A DNA stretch of 64,000 bases from contig JBAUHI010000027.1 of NCBI GenBank assembly GCA_049680185.1, forward strand, positions 43,383 through 107,382, given 5' to 3'. Numbering within the stretch: the stretch's first letter is position 1; each line of letters opens with the position of its first letter. The notes beneath the pieces were generated by a model that ran no database searches, was not told where the DNA came from, and saw only the letters and a program-made list of their open reading frames with translations. The DNA is from Gemmatimonadales bacterium. Its GTDB lineage: Bacteria > Gemmatimonadota > Gemmatimonadetes > Gemmatimonadales > GWC2-71-9. Positions 27,492-37,357 of this stretch are shown one piece after another. The position numbers and the translations under genes were made by a program.

Positions 27492-29260
27492 AGCGCTGGG
27501 TCGTCGGGTGTATCTCGGTCGTCATCGCGGTCGCATGTGGGTCGGGGACGGGGCCGTCGGCACGGCCCTCCGGGCACGCCGTGGCGGTCGTCTCCGGTGA
27601 TCACCAACTCGTGCCCGTCCGCACGGCGGCCGGTGCGCCCTTGGTCGTCCGTATCACCGACACCCACGGGGAACCGGTCGCGGGCGCGTTGGTGGCCTGG
27701 CAGGTGACCTCAGGCCGCGGGGCCATCAGCGGGGCCACTGCGTCCGACACCAACGGCGTATCGCAGGCCAGTTTCGCCGCCGATTCCATCGCAGGACCGG
27801 TCCGGGTCCAGGCCGGGGGCGCCCCGGCGTCCGATTCCGTGGTCTTTGCTGTGGGGGTCGTTGCGGGCGCGCCGGCCCGGATCGCGCGCGCCTCTGGGGA
27901 CGGGCAGTTCGGCTGCTTCGGAACGGTGCTCCCCACCCAACTTGGCGTGATCGCGACCGACCAATACGGCAACATCGTCTCGGGTCCCTGGGTCCATTGG
28001 ACCATCGCAGCGGGAGGAGGGCACCTCTCTGTCGACAGTTCCCGGGTGGATATCGGCGGGCACACCAGCGCGAGCTTCACACTCGGCACCGCTGGCCCGC
28101 AAAGTGTTTCTGCGACGAGCACGCTCAGCGGGTCGCCGATCATCTTCACGGCGACTGGCCGCCGTTGCTTCTCCGTCCTGGGGGGTGGCAACAACGAGGG
28201 GGGCCGCTACACCTCCGACCTCTGGCTGGCCAGGGGATACGCATATACCGGGACCTGGGAATTTCGGAGCCAGGTCGGGAACGTAGTGGACGTCTGGCAG
28301 CTGGGCCCGAACGGAGCGCCGACCCAGATCCGCCAGCTTACCGTGGCGGCGAATATCCAGGTCGTGAGCGACCTGCAGGTGAGTCCAGACAGCACCCTCC
28401 TGGCCGTGACCGGCGAGTACGGCTCCGATGCGGGCCTCTACCTGTACAGCCTTGCCGATCCATCCGACCCTGCATTCCTCGCCCGGTGGCTGGTGACCGG
28501 CAGCCAGACGTCGGGATTGCATACCGGGACCCTCGCGGTGGTGGACGGCCAGCTCTACGACTTCACCGCGCGCGACCCACGTGGGCCCGCTCTCCTGATC
28601 TTCCGGATCCAGCCCGATTCGACCGACAAGATCGCGCTCGTCGATTCACTGTCGATGCCGGCCAACTACGGCATCCATGACACGTATGTACGGGACGGCA
28701 TGCTCTTCGTGGAAAATTGGAACAGCGGGTTGTGGATCTACGACATCGGAGGCGCGGGCCGGGGCGGGACCGTGGCGAGCCCGGTATTCATCAGCTCGAT
28801 CGTGACCGGGGCGGCGGCCGATGGGAGCACGCCCGCGGGGCAGGTCCACAACGCCTGGTGGTTCCATAACCCCGCGACAGGCGAGCAGAAGTACGTCTTC
28901 GTCGGACAGGAAGGCCCCGATGTCATCGGGAGCCAGAGCAACGGGGATATCCACGTGGTGGACATCTCCGATCTCGACCACCCGACGGAGGTGGCCCACT
29001 ATCACATGGGCAGCCATCAGGGGACCCACAATTTCTGGATGGATGAATCACGCCAGATCCTGTACGCGGCCTACTATAATGGTGGCGTCGTTGCCCTCGA
29101 TGTGTCCGGGACCCTCAGCGGCGACCTCGCGGGGCGGGAGATCGCGCGGCTGGCCCCGGGAGGGGCAGGCGATACCTACGTCTGGGGCGTGATGCTCTAT
29201 GGCGGGCATCTGTATGCCGCGGATATGCTGAGTGGGCTCTGGGCCCTCGCGGTGCCCTGA
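27488..29260 (+). CDS. Lipoprotein with bacterial Ig-like domains and an LVIVD-repeat beta-propeller
   Basis: Lipobox VIAVAC. Two Big-like segments (VVSGDHQLVPV..., ARASGDGQFG...). LVIVD-type repeats: GMLFVENWNSGLWIYDIG, GDIHVVDISDLDHP, GGVVALDVS, GHLYAADMLSGLWAL. Confidence 0.6.
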   Translation: MKRWVVGCISVVIAVACGSGTGPSARPSGHAVAVVSGDHQLVPVRTAAGAPLVVRITDTHGEPVAGALVAWQVTSGRGAISGATASDTNGVSQASFAADSIAGPVRVQAGGAPASDSVVFAVGVVAGAPARIARASGDGQFGCFGTVLPTQLGVIATDQYGNIVSGPWVHWTIAAGGGHLSVDSSRVDIGGHTSASFTLGTAGPQSVSATSTLSGSPIIFTATGRRCFSVLGGGNNEGGRYTSDLWLARGYAYTGTWEFRSQVGNVVDVWQLGPNGAPTQIRQLTVAANIQVVSDLQVSPDSTLLAVTGEYGSDAGLYLYSLADPSDPAFLARWLVTGSQTSGLHTGTLAVVDGQLYDFTARDPRGPALLIFRIQPDSTDKIALVDSLSMPANYGIHDTYVRDGMLFVENWNSGLWIYDIGGAGRGGTVASPVFISSIVTGAAADGSTPAGQVHNAWWFHNPATGEQKYVFVGQEGPDVIGSQSNGDIHVVDISDLDHPTEVAHYHMGSHQGTHNFWMDESRQILYAAYYNGGVVALDVSGTLSGDLAGREIARLAPGGAGDTYVWGVMLYGGHLYAADMLSGLWALAVP

Positions 29261-29319
29261 GTCGAGGGCCCTCGGGCCCGCAAGTATTGGGTGGCGCCGG
29301 GGGACGACCGTGCCATATT

Positions 29320-29347
29320 ACGGGCCGCCGATCGTTCGGCGGCCCGT
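29320..29347 (+). terminator. Perfect 12-bp stem-loop after the Ig/LVIVD lipoprotein gene
   Basis: ACGGGCCGCCGA tcgt TCGGCGGCCCGT, followed by TCCATTGTGTG. Lies 60 nt after the stop and 40 nt before the M28 GTG. Confidence 0.5.
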
Positions 29348-29386
29348 TCCATTGTGTGAACCTCCCATCTCTCAACGGATCCCACC

Positions 29387-31459
29387 GTGCGACTCTCCCT
29401 CGCTTTCCCGGCGCTCCTCCTGCTTGCGGCCCCCGTCGCGGCGCAACAGACCGAAGCGCTCGACCGCGTCCTGCTTTCCACACCCGATGCCGCGAAGGCG
29501 CGGGAATACTCGACTGAGTTGAGTCGCGTCATCCATATCGCGGGTTCGCCGCGCCAGGTCGAGACGGCCGACTATGTCCTGCGCCTGATGAAGTCCTGGG
29601 GGCTCGATACCAGCCGCGCCAGTTACAAGGTCTACCTCCCGTGGGCCGATTCTGCCGTGGTGGAGCTCGCTGGCATCACGCCGACCCGGCTGTCCCTCGC
29701 CGAGCCCCCGATCCCCGGTGACACGACGAGCTACCTGGCGCAGTACCCGACGGTCCATGGGTACAGCGGCTCGGGCGACATCACGGCACCGCTCATCTAC
29801 GTCAACTACGGGCTCCCGGTCGACTACACGCGGCTCGATTCCCTGGGCATCAGCGTCAAAGGAAAGATCGTGATAGCGCGGTATGGTCGGAGCTTCCGCG
29901 GCATCAAGGCGCGGGAGGCGGAATCGCACGGCGCCGCGGCGATCCTCATCTATTCCGATCCGCAGGATGACGGCTTCGTCCCCGGCGACGTCTACCCCGA
30001 GGGTCCGATGCGTGGCCCGTACGGAGTGCAGCGCGGCACGGTCTACAACGGCGACGGCGAACCCTCGACGCCCGGGTGGGCGAGCACGCCGGACGCCAAG
30101 CGGCTCGATCCGTCGCAGATGACGATCCCGCACATCCCATCGGTCCCGCTGGGCTACGGGAACGCGCAGGTCCTGCTGCAGGGTCTCAAGGGCCCGTCAG
30201 CGCTCCGTGGGTGGCAGGGTGGGCTTCCTTTCCATTACCACCTCGGTGGCACCGCCGATGTGAAGGTCCGCGTGGCCGTGTGGGCCGAGTCGGGGGCCAA
30301 GGCGTGGAAGACCATCATCAACACGTTCGGGACGCTCAAGGGAATGACCTGGCCCGACGAGATGGTCATCACTGGTGCGCACCGGGACGCGTGGGGACCG
30401 GGGGCCGCCGACAACGTATCAGGCGTGACCTCCGTGCTTGAATCGGCTCGCGCGTGGGCCGAAGCGGCGCGACGGGGGCTCCGTCCCCGCCGGACGCTGG
30501 TGTTCGCAACGTGGGATGCCGAGGAATGGGGCGATGAGGGATCGACCGAGTGGGTCGAGGCGCACGAGCCCGACCTCTCCGCACACGCCGTGGGGTACTT
30601 CAACCAGGACGCCGGCGGGATCGGTCGTTCCTTCGGTGCCTCGGCCACCGCGTCACTGCAGCCGCTGATGCGTGAAGTGACCAAGCTGGTCCCGCAGCCG
30701 GGGGACACCGCGTCCATCTACGATGTATGGCGGCGTCGTGCGCATGTGGCCGACTCGCTCGAGCCCGAGATGGGCGATCTCGGTGGCGGCAGCGACTTCG
30801 CCGCGTTCTACAACCACCTCGGTATCCCGTCAGCCGACTGGGGATTCGGGGGCGCGTCGGGCAACTATCACTCCCAGTATGACAGTGAAAAGTGGATGGA
30901 ACAGTGGGGGGACAGCGGCTTCCTCGGCCATCGGGCCATCGCGCAGGTGGACGCACTCCTGCTGGCCCGGATGGCCGACAGTGATGTGCTGCCGCTCGAT
31001 GAGGCCAGCCTGGCCCACTATATGGGCTCGTTGGTGAAGGGGATCGAGGTCCGCGCGGCGGCCGCCGGTTGGCACACCGACATGTCCGAACTCAGGCGTG
31101 CCATCACCGGGATGTATGATGCGGCGCTCGGTTTCGCCAACGTGCGCGATGCCGGGATGGCGTCGACCGACCCCAAGGGGGCCGTGGCGGCACTCGCGCG
31201 CGCCAACTTGTACCTGCGTCAGTCCGAGATGGCGCTGGCGCGCCCGGAAGGGCTGGTGGGCCGTCCCTGGTTCCGGAATCTCATGTTCGCCGCCGACCGG
31301 GACAACGGCTACGCCGACATCGCACTCCCCGGGATCGCCGAGGCGATGGAGGACAAGGATCGGCCCCGGTTCGACCACGAGGTGTCCGATCTGGCGGCCC
31401 GGGTCGATCGGTCGACCGAGCTCCTTCGGCAGGCCACGGCGGCGCTCGCCAGGCGCTGA
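29387..31459 (+). CDS. M28-family metallopeptidase, glutamate carboxypeptidase II / PSMA-like (PA domain plus TfR-like dimerisation domain)
   Basis: Signal peptide. PA domain GKIVIARYGRSFRGIKAREAESHGAAAILIYSDP. Zn ligand segments HRDAWGPGAADNVSG and WDAEEWGDEGS. C-terminal PWFRNLMFA helical domain. Confidence 0.85.
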   Translation: MRLSLAFPALLLLAAPVAAQQTEALDRVLLSTPDAAKAREYSTELSRVIHIAGSPRQVETADYVLRLMKSWGLDTSRASYKVYLPWADSAVVELAGITPTRLSLAEPPIPGDTTSYLAQYPTVHGYSGSGDITAPLIYVNYGLPVDYTRLDSLGISVKGKIVIARYGRSFRGIKAREAESHGAAAILIYSDPQDDGFVPGDVYPEGPMRGPYGVQRGTVYNGDGEPSTPGWASTPDAKRLDPSQMTIPHIPSVPLGYGNAQVLLQGLKGPSALRGWQGGLPFHYHLGGTADVKVRVAVWAESGAKAWKTIINTFGTLKGMTWPDEMVITGAHRDAWGPGAADNVSGVTSVLESARAWAEAARRGLRPRRTLVFATWDAEEWGDEGSTEWVEAHEPDLSAHAVGYFNQDAGGIGRSFGASATASLQPLMREVTKLVPQPGDTASIYDVWRRRAHVADSLEPEMGDLGGGSDFAAFYNHLGIPSADWGFGGASGNYHSQYDSEKWMEQWGDSGFLGHRAIAQVDALLLARMADSDVLPLDEASLAHYMGSLVKGIEVRAAAAGWHTDMSELRRAITGMYDAALGFANVRDAGMASTDPKGAVAALARANLYLRQSEMALARPEGLVGRPWFRNLMFAADRDNGYADIALPGIAEAMEDKDRPRFDHEVSDLAARVDRSTELLRQATAALARR

Positions 31460-31476
31460 GGCGGAGGGCCGAATGC

Positions 31477-31516
31477 GAACGGCGGGCCCCGGGGAACGTC
31501 CCGGAGCCCGCCGTTC
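31477..31516. terminator. Bidirectional terminator hairpin between the convergent M28 and M1 peptidase genes
   Basis: GAACGGCGGGC (31477-87) / GCCCGCCGTTC (31506-16), plus an inner CCGGG(G)/(T)CCCGG extension. No clear U-tract on either strand. Confidence 0.55.
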
Positions 31517-31535
31517 CTGCATCCGTCCCTTTGGA

Positions 31536-33593
31536 TCAGTGGCTGCTGGCCGGTGCCGACCAGGAGTCGTTGGCGGAGTTGTAGTCCTTGAACCAGTCGG
31601 TGGTCCAGAGCTGGGCCGCCACCACCGGCTTTGGCGTCTGGACCTCGCTCAGGAACTTGGTCTGGTCGTAGTACCAGACCTCGACCGGGAGCTTGACCAT
31701 CTGGTACGATCCGTCGCTCAGGGTGAGCCGCAGGTCGACCGGCATCACGGCCGCGCCGTTGTTGGTGAGCGCGATCTTCACGTCGCTCGAGCCATCGGCG
31801 TTCTGCGTCTGGGTGACGTTGTCGATGCCCTGGTCGAGCGTCGACGTGGTGTAGAACCACTCCCGCCAGAACCAGCTCAGGTCCCGTCCCGACATGTCCT
31901 CCATCGTCCGGAAGAAGTCCTCCGGGGTCGGGTGCTTGAACGCCCAACGGTGGGTGTACTCGCTGAACGCCTTGTCGAACACCGCCGGCCCCAGCACCTC
32001 GTTGCGAAGGGCCAGGAGCGCGATCGATGGCTTCACGTACGCCAACTCACCCAGGTTCGCGTTGGTGCGGTACCGGTTGGCCGGCGTCATGATCGGCTGG
32101 GCCGTGGGCCGCTGGTCGTTCGCCATCACGAAGAACTTCTCTTCGGCCTTGCGGTTCGAGGAGTCGCTGCGCTGCCAGTAGTCCTCTTCCGAGAACGTAT
32201 TGATGAACGTGTTGAAGCCTTCGTCCATCCACGCGTAGAGACGCTCGTTCGAACCGACGGTCATCGGGTACCACATATGCCCGATCTCGTGGGTCACGAC
32301 GTTATAGAGCGCTTCTTTGGCCTCCTGCAACGCCTCGGCCCCGGTCCCACGCGGGTTGCTGGGCGCCTCCATGGCGACCATCGGATACTCCATCCCGCTG
32401 ATCGGGCCCTCGACCGCCGAGATGTGCGGATAGGGGTACGGCAGCCACCGCTCGCTGTATTCCTTGATCGAGAAGCGGCTCATCTTGGCGGCATCGGACC
32501 AGGTGGATGCGGCAGCGGCACGATAATACGCGAAGGCGAAGTGCCCGTCGTAGCTCGAGCCGTCCCAGAGATATTCCGGCGACCCGGCCCAGGCCACGTC
32601 GCGCACGTTCTGGGCCTTGAAGCGCCAGGTGAGCATCCCGTCCTTCTTCGGGCGGGCCGCACCGCTTGTGAGGTCGGCCTCGGTGATGATATGGATCGTG
32701 GTGTCGCTCTTGGCCGCGAGCGCCAGTCGGGCGCGCTCGGTGGCGGTGTAGACCTCGGTGGGGTTCTGCACCACGCCGGTGCCGGCCACGATGTACCCGG
32801 CCGGGACGGTCACTTCATAAGTGAAGTCGCCGTATTCGAGGTAGAACTCGCCCTGACCCAGGTATTGATCGGTGTTCCAGCCCCGGATGTCGTCATACAC
32901 CGCCATCCGCGGGTACCACTGCGCCAGCTCGAAGAGCGGACCATCGTACCCCATCCGGTCGGCGCCATGCTCGGGGATGATGAACGAGTAGTCGATGGCG
33001 ATGACCGTCGTTCCGCCCGGTGCCACCGGATCGGCCAATGGCAGGAAGAGCATCGTGTCGTCGGTCCGGCCGGTGAGCTTCTTCGATGCCGCCTTGCCCT
33101 TGGGGTGGCCGCGGATCGGTGATTCCTGGGTGATCGAGGCCAACGTGAATCCGCCATCGAAGCCACGGGTGCCGAAGCGCGAGTTGGCCGGGAACATCAG
33201 CGACCCAACGCTCCCCTGCCGAAACAGGTTCTGGTCCAGCTGGAGGTACAGGTGATCCAGCGCAGCAGGCGAGTGGTTGGTGTAGGTGATGCGCACCGTG
33301 CCCTTGATGGTCTTGGCCCCGGTATCGAGGGTGGCACGGATGTCGTAGTCCGCCCGCTGCTCCCAGTACTTGGGGCCCGGGCGTCCATCGGGCAGCCGGA
33401 CCTGGTTGCCCGGCCGGAGATCCAGGTGGGCAAAGATGCCGGTGTCGGCGGTCGGAGTGCGCATCGGCGGCAGCGCCGGCTGCTGCGGCCGGGCCATGAC
33501 CGGTGGGGCCGGCGGAGTCGGGGCCGCAGGCTGCTGCGCGCCGAGCATCACGGGGAGCGCGACGAGCAGCAGCGGGGTCAGGAATGTGCGCAT
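31536..33593 (-). CDS. M1-family zinc metallopeptidase (aminopeptidase N-like), secreted
   Basis: Signal peptide MRTFLTPLLLVALPVMLGAQQ. HEIGH-X18-E (HEIGHMWYPMTVGSNERLYAWMDEGF). The track ORF's 5' extension to 34025 overlaps dcd and is rejected. Confidence 0.88.
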   Translation of the reverse strand: MRTFLTPLLLVALPVMLGAQQPAAPTPPAPPVMARPQQPALPPMRTPTADTGIFAHLDLRPGNQVRLPDGRPGPKYWEQRADYDIRATLDTGAKTIKGTVRITYTNHSPAALDHLYLQLDQNLFRQGSVGSLMFPANSRFGTRGFDGGFTLASITQESPIRGHPKGKAASKKLTGRTDDTMLFLPLADPVAPGGTTVIAIDYSFIIPEHGADRMGYDGPLFELAQWYPRMAVYDDIRGWNTDQYLGQGEFYLEYGDFTYEVTVPAGYIVAGTGVVQNPTEVYTATERARLALAAKSDTTIHIITEADLTSGAARPKKDGMLTWRFKAQNVRDVAWAGSPEYLWDGSSYDGHFAFAYYRAAAASTWSDAAKMSRFSIKEYSERWLPYPYPHISAVEGPISGMEYPMVAMEAPSNPRGTGAEALQEAKEALYNVVTHEIGHMWYPMTVGSNERLYAWMDEGFNTFINTFSEEDYWQRSDSSNRKAEEKFFVMANDQRPTAQPIMTPANRYRTNANLGELAYVKPSIALLALRNEVLGPAVFDKAFSEYTHRWAFKHPTPEDFFRTMEDMSGRDLSWFWREWFYTTSTLDQGIDNVTQTQNADGSSDVKIALTNNGAAVMPVDLRLTLSDGSYQMVKLPVEVWYYDQTKFLSEVQTPKPVVAAQLWTTDWFKDYNSANDSWSAPASSH

Positions 33594-33694
33594 AAGGGCT
33601 GGCTCATGAGACGGGAAAGAAGCGAGAACCGAAGTGAACGGATGCTGATGCCGGGAACGAGCGCCCGCGGAGGCGCCGTGCCTGCCGTACGACC

Positions 33695-34273
33695 CTATAA
33701 CCGGGGAAGTGTCACGCCGAGCTGGCCCTGGTACTTGCCGGCCTTGTCCTTGTAGCTGGTGGCGCAGATGTCGTCCGGGGCCGCCTCGAAAAAGAGCACC
33801 TGGCAGATGCCTTCGTTGGCGTAGATCTTGGCCGGCAAGGGCGTGGTGTTGGAGATCTCGAGCGTCACGTGGCCTTCCCACTCCGGCTCGAACGGCGTCA
33901 CGTTGGTGATGATGCCGCAGCGCGCATACGTCGATTTGCCGACGCAGATGGTCAGCACCTCGCGGGGGATCCGGAAGTACTCTACCGAACGTGCCAGCGC
34001 GAAGCTGTTGGGCGGCACGATGCACACATCGCCGGTGAACTCGACGAAGCTCTTCGGGTCGAATGACTTCGGGTCGACGATCGCCGAGAGCACATTGGTG
34101 AAGATCTTGAACTCGGGCGCCACCCGCATGTCATAGCCGTAGGACGATACGCCATACGAGATGACCTTCCGTCCGGCGGCGTCGGTCTCCCGGACCTGGC
34201 CGTCGACGAACGGCTCGATCATCCCGCGTTCCTGGGCCATGCGGCGGATCCAGCGGTCGGACTTGATGGTCAT
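33695..34273 (-). CDS. dcd: dCTP deaminase
   Basis: [15 protein letters not shown]..., [28 protein letters not shown]. The track ORF extension to 34423 is not supported. Confidence 0.93.
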   Translation of the reverse strand: MTIKSDRWIRRMAQERGMIEPFVDGQVRETDAAGRKVISYGVSSYGYDMRVAPEFKIFTNVLSAIVDPKSFDPKSFVEFTGDVCIVPPNSFALARSVEYFRIPREVLTICVGKSTYARCGIITNVTPFEPEWEGHVTLEISNTTPLPAKIYANEGICQVLFFEAAPDDICATSYKDKAGKYQGQLGVTLPRL

Positions 34274-34318
34274 GGAGTGGGCGGGCAAGGGGATCAAGGA
34301 CGGGCGAGCGGGCGTCCG

Positions 34319-34347
34319 AATATACCCGTGGTCCGCGGCGGGCTGAA
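34319..34347 (-). promoter_or_regulatory. Candidate promoter for dcd
   Basis: Minus strand: TTCAGC (34347-34342), 17 nt, TATATT (34324-34319). ~45-nt leader to ATG 34273. Confidence 0.35.
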
Positions 34348-34447
34348 TCCCCTCGGGGTCGGTCGGGAATCGGGCCCCGCCTGGCCGGTCCGCTTGCCGA
34401 AGGCGGGTTGAACTCGTCTCCACCGGGGTTTAGCTTCAGCGATCCGT

Positions 34448-34465
34448 AAGTGAAAAAATTCACTA
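34448..34465. promoter_or_regulatory. Rex-like operator palindrome immediately upstream of nuoA
   Basis: AAGTGAA-AAAA-TTCACTA. The core GTGAA-N4-TTCAC equals the Rex consensus core (TTGTGAA-N4-TTCACAA). An AT-only patch in GC-rich DNA, ending 13 nt before the nuoA ATG. Confidence 0.45.
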
Positions 34466-34477
34466 TACGCCGAGCCC

Positions 34478-34855
34478 ATGCTTCAGCCCTACCTTCCGAT
34501 CCTCCTGGTCATCGCCTTCGTGATCGCCAACGCGGTCTTGATGCTGGGCGTGTCGCGTGTGTCGGATCTGGCGCTCAAGACCGCGCAGCCCACCGCCATC
34601 AAGTCGGCGCCGTATGAATCCGGGATGCCGGTGCTCGGGGACGCGCGGGCGCGGTTCTCGGTCACGTTCTACATGGTCACCCTCCTGTTCATCGTCTTCG
34701 ATATCGAGGCGGTGTTCATGATCCCCTGGGCGGTGGCCTTCCAGCAGCTCACCGCGATGCGCGGACTGCTCATCCTGGAAATGCTCGTCTTCATGCTCAT
34801 CCTCGTGGTGGGCTTCATCTATGTGTGGAAACGGGGGGCGCTCGAATGGGAGTGA
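34478..34855 (+). CDS. nuoA: NADH-quinone oxidoreductase subunit A
   Basis: 125 aa, 3 TM helices, YESGMP...[12 protein letters not shown]. Confidence 0.93.
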   Translation: MLQPYLPILLVIAFVIANAVLMLGVSRVSDLALKTAQPTAIKSAPYESGMPVLGDARARFSVTFYMVTLLFIVFDIEAVFMIPWAVAFQQLTAMRGLLILEMLVFMLILVVGFIYVWKRGALEWE

Positions 34856-35466
34856 CCGTACCCGAGCCCGCGACCGGGATCACCACGATGTCGGAGATCT
34901 CACCCAACTGGGTGACCACCCGACTGGACTTCCTGGTCAACTGGGCCCGCAAGAACTCGCTCTGGCCGATGCCCTTCGGGACCGCCTGCTGTGCCATCGA
35001 ATACATGGCGACCGCCGCCTCCCGCTTCGACATTGCGCGCTTCGGGATGGAGCGCCAGAGCTTTTCGCCCCGCCAGGCCGACGTGCTGATCTGCGCGGGA
35101 CGCCTGCCGTTCAAGCTGGCCCCGGTCATCCGCAAGATCTGGGACCAGATGCCCCAGCCCAAGTGGGCCATCTCGATGGGGGCCTGCGCCTCCTCGGGCG
35201 GCATCTTCGACACCTATGCGATGGTGCAGGGGATCGACACGATCATTCCCGTGGATGTGTATGTGCCCGGCTGCCCGCCGCGTCCCGAAGGGTTGATGTA
35301 TGGCATCACGCTGCTGCAGAAGAAGATCGCCGGCGAGACCATCACCGATACCGGCATGCGTCGGGAGCACCTGGTCGGACCCGACGGCCTCTTCGTTCGC
35401 CCGGCGCGTCTCGATGAGATCTCGGAGCCCTTCGGCAACTCCGTGCAGCAGACCCGCTCCTCATGA
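34846..35466 (+). CDS. nuoB: NADH-quinone oxidoreductase subunit B
   Basis: [28 protein letters not shown] (N2 cluster ligands). Start 34846 (ATG) or 34825 (GTG). Confidence 0.94.
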   Translation: MGVTVPEPATGITTMSEISPNWVTTRLDFLVNWARKNSLWPMPFGTACCAIEYMATAASRFDIARFGMERQSFSPRQADVLICAGRLPFKLAPVIRKIWDQMPQPKWAISMGACASSGGIFDTYAMVQGIDTIIPVDVYVPGCPPRPEGLMYGITLLQKKIAGETITDTGMRREHLVGPDGLFVRPARLDEISEPFGNSVQQTRSS

Positions 35467-36074
35467 GCGAGCACCCGAGCGTCGCGGCCCTGCGCGCGCG
35501 CTTCGGCGCGGCGCTGGCAGGTGCGTCCGAGAGCTGCGGCGATACCATCGTGCGGATCAAGGCCGATCGGGCCCTCGAGATCTTCACTTGGTTCCGGGAC
35601 GATCCGGCCCAGTCGTACGACTACCTCGTCGACGTCACCGCGGTCGAATACCGTGACCCTGAGCTGCCGCTCGAGGTGGTCTGGCAGCTCCGCTCCTTGA
35701 CCCATGCGCGCGACCTCCGGGTCAAGGTGACGCTCGACAAGGCGGGCCCGCTGGAGGTGCCGTCGGTGTACGACCTCTGGCGGGGGGCCGATTGGCTGGA
35801 GCGTGAGGTGTACGACATGTTCGGGATCTCCTTTGCCGGCCATCCCGATCTCCGACGGATCCTGATGTGGGACACCTACCACGAGGGCCATCCGCTCCGG
35901 AAGGATTTCCCGTTGCGCGGACATTTCAGCCGTGCCGAGCAGACCCGCCAGGCCCTCGCAGCCAATCCCGAAGCGCACTACTCGATGGAAGAGCTGTCGA
36001 TCGCCGAGTCCTATGACGACCTTCCGGTCGACATGCGCGATCGGCTCGCGCGCGGCGAGCGGGGGACGGTCTGA
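35463..36074 (+). CDS. nuoC: NADH-quinone oxidoreductase subunit C
   Basis: [30 protein letters not shown] overlap with nuoB. Confidence 0.93.
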   Translation: MSEHPSVAALRARFGAALAGASESCGDTIVRIKADRALEIFTWFRDDPAQSYDYLVDVTAVEYRDPELPLEVVWQLRSLTHARDLRVKVTLDKAGPLEVPSVYDLWRGADWLEREVYDMFGISFAGHPDLRRILMWDTYHEGHPLRKDFPLRGHFSRAEQTRQALAANPEAHYSMEELSIAESYDDLPVDMRDRLARGERGTV

Positions 36075-37357
36075 TGGCCGGCCGGACGGTCGAATTCGCA
36101 CTCAGCACGCCGGTGCTGGACCAGCACGGGCGGGTCTCCCACGCGCCGCTGGGTGCGCCGGCGCAGGGTGAGGACGACCTGCACGGCGAGCACATGCTCA
36201 TCAACATCGGCCCCCAGCACCCCGCCACCCACGGGGTGCTGCGCTTGGTCATCGAGCTCGATGGTGAGCGCGTCGTGCGGGTCATCCCCCACATCGGCTA
36301 CCTGCACTCCGGCTTCGAGAAGCTGGGCGAGTACCGGCACTACAACCAGATCGTGCCGCTCACCGACCGCACCGACTACCTCTCGCCGATGGCCAACAAC
36401 GTCGGCCTGGCCCTGGCGGCCGAGAAGCTGATGGGGATCACCATCACCGAACGCTGCCAGGTGCTCCGGGTCATCGCCTGCGAAATGAGCCGGATCATCA
36501 GCCACCTCGTCTGGCTCGGCACCACCGGCATCGACCTGGGCGCGTTCACGCCGTTCCTGTGGACCTTCCAGCAGCGGGAGCGCATCTACGACCTGCAGGA
36601 ATCGTGGACCGGCGCCCGGCTCACCACTTCGCTCACGCGGGTGGGCGGGATGATGGCCGATGTGCCTGAAGGGTGGGAGGATGGACTCCGGGAGTTCTGT
36701 CGCACCTTCCCGACGACGCTGCGCGAAGTGGACACGATGTTCACCCGGAACGCCATCTGGATCGGGCGGACCCAGGGCGTCGGGGCCATGTCTTCAGCGG
36801 ATGCGATCAACTACTCCCTGTCCGGCCCGATGCTCCGGGCCAGCGGCGTGCCGTTCGACGTGCGCAAGGACCGCCCGTACCTGGGGTACGAGACCTACGA
36901 CTTCGATGTGCCCGTCGGTGAACACGGCGACGTCTACGATCGGTACCGGGTGCGCCTCGAGGAGATGTGGCAGTCCGCCCGGATCCTCGAGCAGGCGCTC
37001 GACCGCCTGGCCAAGCTCGCCGGGGCGCCGATCAACGTGGCCGACGCCCGGGTCATCCTGCCCGGCAAGCGGCAGGCAATGAGTGACATGGAGTCGATGA
37101 TCCACCACTTCAAGCAGGTGATGGAAGGCGTGAAGGCGCCGTCGGGAGAGGCGTACCTCCCGATCGAGAACCCGAAAGGCGAGCTGGGCTACTACTTCGT
37201 TTCCGATGGCACCGCCAAGCCGGTCCGGTGGCGCATCCGGCCGCCTTCGTTCATCAACCTCGCGGCCCTCCCGTCCCTGTGTGTGGGGGCGCTGCTCTCG
37301 GACGTGATCGCCATCAACGCCAGCGTCGACATCGTGATGGGGGAGATCGACCGGTGA
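36074..37357 (+). CDS. nuoD: NADH-quinone oxidoreductase subunit D
   Basis: NIGPQHPATHGVLRL, RIISHLVWLGT, C-terminal VMGEIDR. Confidence 0.96.
   Translation: MAGRTVEFALSTPVLDQHGRVSHAPLGAPAQGEDDLHGEHMLINIGPQHPATHGVLRLVIELDGERVVRVIPHIGYLHSGFEKLGEYRHYNQIVPLTDRTDYLSPMANNVGLALAAEKLMGITITERCQVLRVIACEMSRIISHLVWLGTTGIDLGAFTPFLWTFQQRERIYDLQESWTGARLTTSLTRVGGMMADVPEGWEDGLREFCRTFPTTLREVDTMFTRNAIWIGRTQGVGAMSSADAINYSLSGPMLRASGVPFDVRKDRPYLGYETYDFDVPVGEHGDVYDRYRVRLEEMWQSARILEQALDRLAKLAGAPINVADARVILPGKRQAMSDMESMIHHFKQVMEGVKAPSGEAYLPIENPKGELGYYFVSDGTAKPVRWRIRPPSFINLAALPSLCVGALLSDVIAINASVDIVMGEIDR

Noticed and set aside
31098-33122. 674-aa plus-strand ORF opposite the M1 peptidase
   Set aside because: The minus-strand product has a signal peptide and HEXXH-X18-E. 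The plus-strand translation is Arg/Gly/Val-rich without motifs.
34449-34464. Reading the nuoA palindrome as a CRP site (TGTGA-N6-TCACA)
   Set aside because: AGTGA-N6-TCACT matches only the inner GTGA/TCAC. The 6+4+6 symmetry (AGTGAA-N4-TTCACT) fits the Rex-type spacing better. CRP/FNR is retained only as an alternative.
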